A DNA stretch of 54,357 nt from an uncultured Pseudomonadales bacterium (GTDB taxonomy: Bacteria; Pseudomonadota; Gammaproteobacteria; Pseudomonadales; Azotimanducaceae), in assembly GCA_964481245.1 (NCBI GenBank), contig CAYZUV010000001.1, positions 1-54,357 of the forward strand, given 5' to 3'. Numbering within the stretch: position 1 is the stretch's first letter; the number at the start of each line of letters is the position of its first letter. Both the position numbers and the translations under genes were made by a program. This document shows positions 1 through 8,499 of this stretch, in pieces. A model generated the notes under the pieces. It worked only from the letters and a program-made list of their open reading frames with translations. It did no database searches and was not told where the DNA came from.

Positions 1-2
1 AT

Positions 3-449
3 CCTCGGATCAGTCGAGATCGGGCTATCTCGGCTGCGAAGACGGTCAATGCTCATGCCTTCATCACGCGAATCGAGGGTGCCTATGATGCGCCCCTTTC
101 TGAGCGCGGCGCCAATTTGTCTCAAGGTCAACGTCAACTGCTCGCGTTTGCTCGCGTCCTGGCCGCCGATCCAGAGATCTTGGTGCTCGATGAAGCGACT
201 GCGAGCATTGATACTGAGACTGAAATTTTAATTCAGGATGCGTTAAGAAAGCTGATGGTTGGTCGAACCAGTATTTTGATCGCGCATCGGTTACAAACAA
301 TTCAAGAAGCGGATCGGGTGCTTGTTTTGGTCAATGGCGAGGTAAAAGAGTTGGGCCCCCATCAGGCCTTGATCGACGCCGGCGGCGTCTACGCGACACT
401 CCACGAGCTGCAGTTTCAAGACGTTAATCCGGCAGCCGATTTGGCTTGA
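3..449 (+). CDS. ABC transporter ATP-binding domain, C-terminal fragment (gene starts upstream of the window)
   Basis: Frame 3 is open from the window edge. Translation carries ABC signature 'LSQGQRQ', Walker B 'ILVLDEATASID' and H-loop 'IAHRL', giving an MsbA/ABCB-type exporter tail. Confidence 0.85.
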   Translation, partial: PRISRDRAISAAKTVNAHAFITRIEGAYDAPLSERGANLSQGQRQLLAFARVLAADPEILVLDEATASIDTETEILIQDALRKLMVGRTSILIAHRLQTIQEADRVLVLVNGEVKELGPHQALIDAGGVYATLHELQFQDVNPAADLA

Positions 450-1417
450 TTGAGCCAGTCGTCCGATACGAGGAATCCTCGCTCTAGTTCGCCACCCCTA
501 TCATTTAGCATTGCAACGAGCCTCGGTCGAGATGTTAGCGCGAGCGTATCAATCAATTGAGCGTAGGGTAGTCCGTCAGCCACATCGTGTTCGGTCATTG
601 GACTGAGCCAGTATTTTTTCTCCAAAGGTTTAAATCGAAGGGAGGGGTCGCCAATCCAGGATCCGAGCTGGCCAACGGTCGCCCACCATCCGCGAAGATG
701 GTGCGGATTCATGAATGGCGGTTGAGGTCGTGCGTTGGCAAACGTTGCTAGCGGATAGAATGCCCAGCCCTTGACCAAGGCCCGTGCTTTCGAGATTTCG
801 CGGCCAAACTGATCAAGAAGTTGTGTCTTGATCTGAGGTTCAAGGCACCGCTTTAGTTGCTGGTGTTGAAGGTGCTCGCGCTTTTTTTTCAAGTTGTCGT
901 GAAGGTTGGGACCGACCCAGTGGTGTGCCTCGTTGGGATCTCCAACGCAGAGATAGAGTTTTACTGTGAGTTCCCAGTGCTCAAGCTCACGGCTCTGAAC
1001 CAAAAGATCAAGCTCACCCAACGTACGTCCAAGACTCTCAAATCTTAGATTGTGAGCGACCAGGTGATGGTTTTGATGATCTCTAAGTAGGTGATGCCAC
1101 AAAGACTCGAAATAGAGTCCCAGGCGAAAAGCACTGTTGTCGGCGGGCTCCGGCCAAGGTTCACAATCGCTTCGACCGAGCCACAGAGATTCGTACCAGT
1201 CGGGCGAGGGTGCATAATCTGGCGCAGTGAACAAATCTGGGCTAGTGATCGCCCAATGCGCGTCACGCTCGGTTCTGGAACCCATAAAAAATCGACTCAC
1301 TGGAGGTGAAAATCTTACCCTGGTCTCAGTCTCTGCGAAACTTTGGTGACGTAGCTCTGAACTGGTTCTTACATCATGGAATCCATAGTCACTCCTGATG
1401 TGTGCGGTGGGAGTCAC
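416..1417 (-). CDS. DUF1853-like protein with PD-(D/E)XK-like motif
   Basis: 333-aa ORF. 'GELDLLVQ...HWELTVKLYL' resembles the D...E.K core that I recall for DUF1853. An alternative start is near 1285 (MGSRTERD). The 3' end overlaps the convergent ABC gene by 34 nt. Confidence 0.5.
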   Translation of the reverse strand: MTPTAHIRSDYGFHDVRTSSELRHQSFAETETRVRFSPPVSRFFMGSRTERDAHWAITSPDLFTAPDYAPSPDWYESLWLGRSDCEPWPEPADNSAFRLGLYFESLWHHLLRDHQNHHLVAHNLRFESLGRTLGELDLLVQSRELEHWELTVKLYLCVGDPNEAHHWVGPNLHDNLKKKREHLQHQQLKRCLEPQIKTQLLDQFGREISKARALVKGWAFYPLATFANARPQPPFMNPHHLRGWWATVGQLGSWIGDPSLRFKPLEKKYWLSPMTEHDVADGLPYAQLIDTLALTSRPRLVAMLNDRGGELERGFLVSDDWLNQAKSAAGLTS

Positions 1418-1640
1418 AATCTGCTGTGAAGGGCATTTTTCCTCACTTATCGATTGCGCTCAAATGACTGGGGCGTCACGTCAGGCGGATTAGACCTTTT
1501 ATGATACCTGGGGCGCTATGGACAGCCCCGAGCCTTGGGCGCTCATCGCGGCCTCTTGTTATTTGATCGTTAGCCACCGTGCTCGTCATACGTTTTGGGC
1601 GTGAGCGAGCCGCGCGCGTCTTTTTACCCCATCGTGACTG

Positions 1641-2621
1641 ATGGACGAGCTGCGCTATCATAGTGCCCGTCTTGTAGGAGATAGCCATTTGAGTATCCGA
1701 AGTCGATTATTGAGCTTAGCGATTAAGGTCGCGCTGAAACCTATGTTGCAGCGAGAGGACCTTTCGATTGAAGACCTTCGGGCACGGATCGCTACTTCAG
1801 ATCAAATGTCCGGAAAAATTCCCAAAAATGTGGCCAGCGAGACTTGCGAGTTGGGAGGGGTCCCTTGCCGGAGAATACGATCGCATGATGCTGACGCTGA
1901 GCGCGTGGTGATCTATTTTCACGGGGGTGGGTACGTGCTGCCAGGCGCAGCTGGTCACGCGCTCGTCGCCGCACACCTGAGTCGTACGGCGCGGTGCGAG
2001 GTGGTTTTGGTGGATTACCGTTTGGCACCCGAGGCCCCATTCCCTGCCGCCGTAGAAGACGCGCTTGCTGTGGTGATGGCTTTGGCAGTGGAGGGCATCG
2101 CTTTTGAGCGGATGGTACTGGCGGGCGATTCTGCCGGAGGTGGGCTAGCTGCGGCTACGCTTTTGAATCTAAAGAATCAGGGGCTACCTCAGCCGGCGGC
2201 GGCGGCTCTGATCTCGCCTTGGCTTGATCTGGCGCTGACCGGGGACTCGATGAAAACGAATCACACGAGGGATCCAATGCTCTCCGAGGCGGTGCTTGAT
2301 CGCTGGGCGAAGCTTTACCTCGGTGAGCGCGATCCGCTGGCACCGCTAGCATCTCCGCTTTTTGGTGACTTGGCGCAGCTGGCACCTGTCTTGGTGCATG
2401 TAGGCGAGACAGAAGTACTGCTTGGTGACGCGGAACAGTTTGTGGACCACCTCATTGAGGCGGGGGGAAGTGCAGCGCTCAAGGTGTTTTCAAACGTACC
2501 GCATGTCTTCCAATTGCTGATTGGTCGAGTTCCTGAGGCTAGGACCTCGCTAGATCTCATAGGTCAGTATATTCTCGAGCAATTTGAGTCAGGCGAGCGT
2601 GAAGGCAGCGAGACCCCATAA
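1641..2621 (+). CDS. alpha/beta hydrolase, HSL-type esterase/lipase (fold-3)
   Basis: Oxyanion motif 'HGGGY' and nucleophile elbow 'GDSAGG' at the expected spacing; 326 aa. Confidence 0.85.
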   Translation: MDELRYHSARLVGDSHLSIRSRLLSLAIKVALKPMLQREDLSIEDLRARIATSDQMSGKIPKNVASETCELGGVPCRRIRSHDADAERVVIYFHGGGYVLPGAAGHALVAAHLSRTARCEVVLVDYRLAPEAPFPAAVEDALAVVMALAVEGIAFERMVLAGDSAGGGLAAATLLNLKNQGLPQPAAAALISPWLDLALTGDSMKTNHTRDPMLSEAVLDRWAKLYLGERDPLAPLASPLFGDLAQLAPVLVHVGETEVLLGDAEQFVDHLIEAGGSAALKVFSNVPHVFQLLIGRVPEARTSLDLIGQYILEQFESGEREGSETP

Positions 2622-4785
2622 ACAACTTGTCCTGGTTGGGGGCGGTCACAGCCATGTGACGGTAATCAAGCGTTTCGCGATGCAGCCGGTGCCTGGTCTG
2701 AAAGTCACGCTGGTCACGCCCTCACTCAAAACGCCCTATTCAGGCATGCTTCCGGGCTGCGTGGCCGGGCATTACGGCGTGGACAAAATTTATATCGATC
2801 TCGCTAAGCTCTGTTTCAAAGCAAATGTTGACTGGATTCTGGCGGAGGCGAGCGGGCTCGACCCTGAACGACAGCTGTTGGAACTCTCAGGTCGGCCAGG
2901 CCTTCAATATGATTACTTGTCGCTGGACGTTGGAATTACGCCGGACCTCGGGGATCTTCGGGTCGGTGCCACGGAAGTTACGCCGGTCAAGCCCATTGCA
3001 TCCTTTCTGAGTCGACTCACCGCGCTTCATCATCAATTGACTTCGGCTCAACGGATTGTGGTTGTGGGTGGCGGCGCGGCATCCATCGAATTGGCGATGG
3101 CCTTGGCGGAGTGGTCGAAGGGGAGAGAGGCGTCTTTTCAAGCTTCGCAACTGCATCTTGTGAGTTCCGAAGAGGTGCTGCTTAAAGAGGCGCCGATTGG
3201 TGCGCGTCGGATCATCGAGCGGACGCTTGCCGGCTATGGGGTGTCCGTCACTACGGATGCTCGCATCACGCAATACGCCGATGGGGTGCTGACAACCGAT
3301 CAAGGCGAGGTCATTCGAGCAGACCATGTGCTGTGGTCCACAGGTGCGAGCCCTTTACCTTGGTTGCGTCACAGTGGCCTTGAGTGCGACGAGAAGGGTT
3401 ATGTTTCAGTTGGAGAAACACTCCAGAGCGTGAGTCATGCGAATATTTTCGCCGTGGGTGATACGGCGCATATGGTGGCAAGCCCCAGACCCAAAGCCGG
3501 GGTCTATGCCGTGAGGCAGGGTCCGCGTCTGGCGCAGAACCTGAGAGCTATCGCGCTCGGTGAATCGCTCAAACGATTCAAGCCGCAATCTCAGCACCTG
3601 GCGCTCATCGCGCTCGGAGAGCAAAAAGCGGTTGGCTACCGAAATGGCTTCTCAATTTCAGGTCGATGGGTGTGGCGCTTAAAGGACTGGATCGATCGCA
3701 GGTTCTTGGCGCAGTTCAATGATTGGATCCTCCCCTCGATGACAGATCACGACGGCGCCCTGGATGCAATGAGATGCCTCGGCTGCGGCTCTAAAGTGCC
3801 AGCTTTGCGGTTACAAGAGACCTTGCATGAGCGGAATGCCGAGCTGACCCATGATGACGCCCAGGTTCTGATGACCCGTGAGGACGCTATTTGGTTACAA
3901 ACAATCGACCAGATCCGTCCTTTGGTGCCGGACCTCTATTTGCTCAGTCAAATTGGCCTCAATCATTCGGTCAGCGACATTTATGCGATGGGAGGCGCTG
4001 TGTCACAGGTGTTGGCCAATCTCACTGTCGAAGAAGCTGAGGGTCGCGTTGCGGACAATTTGTTCGGTCAGATCACTGCGGGCGCATTCGATCAAGCAGG
4101 TATTTTGGAGGCCCCCATCCGAGGAGGTCACAGCAGCGAAGGCCCAGAATCTCAGGTGGGGTTTGCGGTGACCGGTCAGGTTTTAAAGCATTGCTTGCGA
4201 TCTAAACGCGGCGTCAAAGAGGGGGATCGGCTCATCTTAACCAAGGCCTTGGGGGTCGGGGTAATTTTCGCGTCGCTCATGCAGGGGCGCTCAATGCCTG
4301 ACTGGCTAGAAGCTGCCATCGACTCGATGCTGCGGTCCAACAAGCTGGTTGCTGAAGTGGCGGCGAATGTTCCGGTCTCAGCGATGACAGACGTCACGGG
4401 TTTTGGTTTGGCGGGTCATTTAGGCGAGATGGTGCGAGGCGAACAGCTCGCGGCGCGGCTCTATCTGAATGACCTCCCGAGCTTGCCAGGCGCGCTCAAG
4501 CTACTCAGTGAGACGACCACAGAGAGCAGTCTCGCCATTCATAATCAGGCAGCGGTCGAAGATTTAATGGTTCCCGATGAGCCTTTGCTCCTCCAAGACG
4601 CTCGCTATCGGTTGTTGTTTGATCCACAGACCTCGGGTGGTTTGCTCATTAGCCTGCCCGAAAACTCGGTCGAAACCTTCATGAGTCAGCTCTCGTCTAT
4701 TGGTGAGTTCGAGGCGAGGTGTATTGGTGACATCGTTGTGGGGAAGGGCATTCACGTGTGTGCAGATCGTAGATCTCTGCACTAG
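2584..4785 (+). CDS. selD: bifunctional FAD/NAD(P)-dependent oxidoreductase / selenide, water dikinase (SelD fusion)
   Basis: N-terminal half has dinucleotide folds 'LVLVGGGHSHV' and 'IVVVGGGAASIE' plus 'FAVGD'. The C-terminal half starts with the SelD active-site loop 'RCLGCGSKVP' and has an AIR-synthase-like body ('MTDVTGFGLAGH'). It overlaps the esterase 3' end by 38 nt. Confidence 0.85.
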   Translation: MSQASVKAARPHKQLVLVGGGHSHVTVIKRFAMQPVPGLKVTLVTPSLKTPYSGMLPGCVAGHYGVDKIYIDLAKLCFKANVDWILAEASGLDPERQLLELSGRPGLQYDYLSLDVGITPDLGDLRVGATEVTPVKPIASFLSRLTALHHQLTSAQRIVVVGGGAASIELAMALAEWSKGREASFQASQLHLVSSEEVLLKEAPIGARRIIERTLAGYGVSVTTDARITQYADGVLTTDQGEVIRADHVLWSTGASPLPWLRHSGLECDEKGYVSVGETLQSVSHANIFAVGDTAHMVASPRPKAGVYAVRQGPRLAQNLRAIALGESLKRFKPQSQHLALIALGEQKAVGYRNGFSISGRWVWRLKDWIDRRFLAQFNDWILPSMTDHDGALDAMRCLGCGSKVPALRLQETLHERNAELTHDDAQVLMTREDAIWLQTIDQIRPLVPDLYLLSQIGLNHSVSDIYAMGGAVSQVLANLTVEEAEGRVADNLFGQITAGAFDQAGILEAPIRGGHSSEGPESQVGFAVTGQVLKHCLRSKRGVKEGDRLILTKALGVGVIFASLMQGRSMPDWLEAAIDSMLRSNKLVAEVAANVPVSAMTDVTGFGLAGHLGEMVRGEQLAARLYLNDLPSLPGALKLLSETTTESSLAIHNQAAVEDLMVPDEPLLLQDARYRLLFDPQTSGGLLISLPENSVETFMSQLSSIGEFEARCIGDIVVGKGIHVCADRRSLH

Positions 4786-4851
4786 GCTTCGTGCTTTCGA
4801 TCGAACGTAGAGGGTGATAGGCTCGTGGACTCACAAAGGAGGCCATCGACC

Positions 4852-6048
4852 ATGCACATCGATCTGTTAAACCCGGCATCCTTTGTGGGCGGCCATCCGC
4901 ATGATCAGTACGATTGGCTGAGAGACAACGCGCCGATCTATCGCCATAAAGACCCGTCTGGATCTGATTTTTGGGCGGTCACTCGTTTTGAAGATGTGCA
5001 TTACATTGGTCGACATTCAGAGTATTTCTCCTCTTCTCCAACCATCATGATTGCCGACCCTGACCCAGAGGCGCCAAGCAGTATGGGCGAGTACAAAATG
5101 ATGCTGATGATGGATCCGCCAGAGCATACGGCCTATCGAAAGTTAATCAGCCGAGAGTTCACTCAAGGGCTCGCCAACCAATATGGTCGGCGCATCAAAG
5201 AGTTCGCCGCTCAAATTGTCGATGCTGTAATTGACAAGGGAGAGTGTGATTTCATCGGCGATGTTGCAGGCGAAATGCCAAGTTTCGTCATCGCCGATTT
5301 GATGGGGTTACCACTCGCCGATGGCCGAGAGCTCTATCGCTTAACCGAAGTGATTCATTCTGACCCCAGTTCGCTGCCGCCTGGCGCCGCGGTTCAAGCC
5401 ATTACCAAGATGTTCGAATATGGCACGGGTGTGATCAAGGAAAAAAGGGCTAAACCAGGGGACGATTTAGCGAGCAAATTGCTGGCCGCTGAGGTTGAGG
5501 GTCACAAGCTGGCGGATGAAGAATTTTTACTCTTCTTTATGTTGTTGATTGATGCGGGTGGTGACACCACGCGCAATCTAGTGGGTACCGGGATGTATGA
5601 ATTGCTGCAGCACCCTGAGGCCCTCGACGAACTCGTGGCTGATCCGGAGGGCCAGATCGCAGGTGCTCGAGAGGAGCTTTTGCGTTGGACCTCTCCGGTG
5701 ATTTACATGCGAAGAACCGTTACGGCGCCAGTGACGATGCAAGGGGTCGATCTCGCTGTGGGTGATAAGGTGGTCATGTATTACGGGGCAGCCAACCGCG
5801 ATCGCAATCATTTCGAGAATCCACATCAAATGAAGTTTGCCAGGGAAGGGCAGCGCCACATTGCTTTCGGAGGGGGGCATCACGTGTGTTTGGGTCAATG
5901 GTTCGCTCGGCTTGAAATCGACGCCATCTTCCTTGAAGTGCTTGGGAGGCTGAAAGACTTTCGAGTTTTGGAAGCACCCCAGTGGATGCCCTCTAACTTC
6001 ATTTCCGGAATCACTCGATTGCCGATGGGTTTCACGGCCAGGACTTAA
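4852..6048 (+). CDS. cytochrome P450
   Basis: Heme-thiolate loop 'FGGGHHVCLG', I-helix 'AGGDTT' and an ExxR region. RBS AAGGAGG lies 9 nt upstream of the ATG at 4852; the ORF track starts at 4825. Confidence 0.9.
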   Translation: MHIDLLNPASFVGGHPHDQYDWLRDNAPIYRHKDPSGSDFWAVTRFEDVHYIGRHSEYFSSSPTIMIADPDPEAPSSMGEYKMMLMMDPPEHTAYRKLISREFTQGLANQYGRRIKEFAAQIVDAVIDKGECDFIGDVAGEMPSFVIADLMGLPLADGRELYRLTEVIHSDPSSLPPGAAVQAITKMFEYGTGVIKEKRAKPGDDLASKLLAAEVEGHKLADEEFLLFFMLLIDAGGDTTRNLVGTGMYELLQHPEALDELVADPEGQIAGAREELLRWTSPVIYMRRTVTAPVTMQGVDLAVGDKVVMYYGAANRDRNHFENPHQMKFAREGQRHIAFGGGHHVCLGQWFARLEIDAIFLEVLGRLKDFRVLEAPQWMPSNFISGITRLPMGFTART

Positions 6049-6097
6049 TTCCTATCATCTCACCGCGTTTAAAGATGGCTCGAAAATCATTGCCTTG

Positions 6098-6152
6098 GCG
6101 GGTCGAGCCGTCTGTCGTTCGAATCCATCCGTGATTAGGCGACCTGCTTTTT
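6098..6152 (+). terminator. possible intrinsic terminator after the P450 gene
   Basis: GCGGGTCG (6098-6105) pairs with CGACCTGC (6140-6147), with one G-U pair, and is followed by TTTTT. The 34-nt loop is long for a terminator. Confidence 0.3.
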
Positions 6153-6339
6153 GATCTAGACTCGAGCGACGACCCTTAATAGTTGGGGGATTGGATCGGA
6201 TTCGAATCCGCGACTTGCCTGGGCTCCGAACGCACACGCCTGAATCAGTCGGTTCACGAGGACTCCTGGGTTCGTTATTTGTCTGTTCTGGCGCCGGTTC
6301 TTGGGTCTTTTCATTCACTTCGATGGTAGGATGGTGCGT

Positions 6340-6432
6340 GGTGAAGTTTGCGGAGCGGTCTCCGTCCTGGTCTTCAAAACCAGAGAGGTCTTGTCAAAAG
6401 CGCCTATCGTTCGACTCGGTACTTCACCGCCA
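6340..6432 (+). tRNA. selC: tRNA-Sec (anticodon UCA)
   Basis: Hand fold. The 8-bp acceptor GGTGAAGT/ACTTCACC is all Watson-Crick, with discriminator G and an encoded CCA. The 6-bp D-stem GCGGAG/CTCCGT has a 4-nt loop CGGT. The anticodon loop is CTTCAAA (UCA). There is a ~20-nt variable arm and a T-loop TTCGACT. Confidence 0.8.
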
Positions 6433-6536
6433 CCGAAGGAACTTGGCTCGTGACTTGGAAGGATGTAGGCGGCGCACGACGATTGGCTCATTCTATTCAA
6501 TTTAGGAAGGCGCTCGCTGCGTGAGGGATTATTGAA

Positions 6537-7040
6537 ATGTCAGATCGTCGAATAGAGGCGACCAGGGGGTTTGTCCTCAATCAGACCATGCTTAGGATCA
6601 AAGACCCTGAGCGCACGATTGCCTTTTACACCGAAGTCCTCGGTATGACGTTGCTTGACCGATTTGATTTCGATGACATGGCGTTTTCGCTTTATTTCTT
6701 GGGCTACCCGACAGATCCAGTGCCGACTGATCCCAAAACCAGAGCTAAGTGGATCTTTGACCAACCCGCCTTGCTGGAGTTGACTCACAATCACGGGACT
6801 GAGGCTGATGCTGATGCGCTGTATCACAACGGCAACAGTGAACCGCGTGGCTTTGGCCATATCGGCATTTCCGTGCCGGACGTTTATGCCGCGTGCGATC
6901 GCTTTGCGGCAATGAGCGTGCCTTTTGTGAAACGACCGGATGATGGCCAGATGAAAGGTCTCGCCTTTATCCAAGACCCCGATGGTTATTGGATCGAAAT
7001 TTTATCGGGCGATGGACTGGCGAAGCTGATCAGCGGGTAA
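6537..7040 (+). CDS. gloA: lactoylglutathione lyase (glyoxalase I)
   Basis: Typical long-form GloA sequence: 'QTMLRIKDP', '[10 protein letters not shown]', 'GFGHIGISV', '[12 protein letters not shown]'. Confidence 0.9.
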   Translation: MSDRRIEATRGFVLNQTMLRIKDPERTIAFYTEVLGMTLLDRFDFDDMAFSLYFLGYPTDPVPTDPKTRAKWIFDQPALLELTHNHGTEADADALYHNGNSEPRGFGHIGISVPDVYAACDRFAAMSVPFVKRPDDGQMKGLAFIQDPDGYWIEILSGDGLAKLISG

Positions 7041-7100
7041 TCAATCCTCAGGGTCGGCCGCGACAGAGCGCTCGATTCGGCGAAGCGTCAGCGCCTGGCA

Positions 7101-7544
7101 TCAAGCACTTGACCTCGCAGCTTTGGCTGCCTCTCGCATTCTTGCCAATTCCTCCCAGCCCAAATAATGTGTCAGGCCGTTGTCGTCAAAAAACAGAACA
7201 GGACCGTCGCAAATAAAAAGATACTCCGTATCCTCAAGTGCGACAGTGGCACCGTGCAGCACGCCATTAGGTTCGTAGTCATAGTCACCCGCATTTAACA
7301 CGCCGTCTCTAACTTGAAGCTTTCCTTTGAGCACATAGGTGTGAGCATCCGAGAGATGTTTGTGAGGTGAAGCGGTGTAGCCTTTGGACCAGCGGAATAG
7401 GGCGGCCCATCTCCCCGTTTCAGGACCGACCCAGAGCACCTTCATCCAAGCCTCGCCAGGCGATGATTCGATCCATGGCTCGTCGGCACGGACGATAATG
7501 TCTGCTAACTGATCATTGAGTGGGGTAATGTCTTGCAGGGGCAT
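7101..7544 (-). CDS. cupin domain protein (ChrR-like cupin)
   Basis: Beta-barrel cupin pattern 'HKHLSDAHTYVLKG...G...EPNGVLHG'. The start at MPLQ has RBS AGAGGAA upstream. Confidence 0.6.
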   Translation of the reverse strand: MPLQDITPLNDQLADIIVRADEPWIESSPGEAWMKVLWVGPETGRWAALFRWSKGYTASPHKHLSDAHTYVLKGKLQVRDGVLNAGDYDYEPNGVLHGATVALEDTEYLFICDGPVLFFDDNGLTHYLGWEELARMREAAKAARSSA

Positions 7545-7689
7545 GGCATGTTCCTCTTGGGTTGATGCCCGAAGCATACGTTCAGCATTGTGCTTCGTAA
7601 ACCGAGCGGGTTGAGTAAAGTCGGGCAGGTGTTTCGCGGGGACAACATAGCCTCACGACCTCCGCCGATTGAGATTGATTGCTGCGGGT

Positions 7690-8292
7690 TTAGCGAGGTC
7701 GAGTGTTGAGTCGGTAGATAGGCTCTGAAATGCCTTCATCCCTTGGGTCAATTCTGAAGAACTCGCTTTTTGACTGCTCGCTTAAGGCATCAAACGCTGC
7801 TTGCGTGATTAGTGTCTCCTTGCCGCGGGCGAGATCTTCGCCTAACTTTGAGGTTAAGTTCATCTCGCTACCGTAGTAGCCCTCCAAGGTTGAGGAGTAG
7901 AGCAGTTTGCCGTAACCGACCCCGATACACAGCTCGTAATTGGTTTGGCCGTTGATTTTGATCGGATGGCCCTGAAAATCTCGCTGCAGGGCGAGTGCAG
8001 CATCAACCGCCGCCTGAGGCGAACTGAACATAACGATGAAATTATCGGCCAGATAGCGAATGCCAAAGCCCCCATGCGATTCCAAAATGGGCAGCGACTT
8101 GTCTCTCGCTTGCATGACGCAGCTCAGAAAGTGAATGATGCCGTGATGGTCAGTCGTCTTGGTCATACCCACGGAGTCCGCGACCAAGATGGCCAGAGTC
8201 TGTCCAAAGCGGTCGTAGATTTCCGATTCGTGATCTCTCGGGTCTTTTTTTGACGCTATCAGCTCTCTCAGCAGATCAAACAAACTGCTCAT
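7690..8292 (-). CDS. stand-alone class III nucleotidyl cyclase homology domain protein
   Basis: 'LAILVADSVGMT', 'YLADNFIVMF..AAVDAALAL', 'IGVGYGKL' and 'GSEMNLTSKLGE' match the CHD order (metal Asp, Asp, transition-state region). It is only 200 aa with no sensor domain. Confidence 0.6.
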   Translation of the reverse strand: MSSLFDLLRELIASKKDPRDHESEIYDRFGQTLAILVADSVGMTKTTDHHGIIHFLSCVMQARDKSLPILESHGGFGIRYLADNFIVMFSSPQAAVDAALALQRDFQGHPIKINGQTNYELCIGVGYGKLLYSSTLEGYYGSEMNLTSKLGEDLARGKETLITQAAFDALSEQSKSEFFRIDPRDEGISEPIYRLNTRPR

Positions 8293-8433
8293 AGCCGGGA
8301 TATCCTTGTCAGTTGCGCTGAACTTGATGAATGCTATTTGCGTAGGTTAGCCGCGGCTGGTCATCATGCGGTATGCCTATTGATTTATCAAATCTCAATA
8401 CAAAGAGGGTGTAGCGAAAAGTCTAAGGGTCTA

Positions 8434-8476
8434 CTCAACAAAAGACAGCACGCGATGAATGTATCGTGTGCTGTCT
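8434..8476 (-). terminator. intrinsic terminator downstream of the FadL-like gene
   Basis: A 14-bp inverted repeat AGACAGCACGCGAT / ATCGTGTGCTGTCT (8443-8456 / 8463-8476, one non-WC position) has a 6-nt loop. On the minus strand it is followed by TTTGTTG. Confidence 0.55.
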
Positions 8477-8499
8477 CTCTTCATTTCTTGGTCAGTTGA

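Noticed and set aside
6118-6209. Two tRNA T-loop-like TTCGAATCC motifs (6118-6126, 6201-6209) upstream of selC. I considered them as tRNA genes, tRNA remnants, or att-site duplications marking an island.
   Set aside because: Neither can be folded into a T-arm with more than 3 bp, nor into a cloverleaf on either strand. No integrase or mobility gene is nearby. A repeated 9-mer within 100 bp is expected by chance several times in 54 kb.
6055-6505. ORFs 6055..6318(-), 6191..6505(+) and 6315..6500(-) between the P450 and gloA genes.
   Set aside because: Their translations are low-complexity and unrecognisable. Two of them overlap the tRNA-Sec, which explains the region better.
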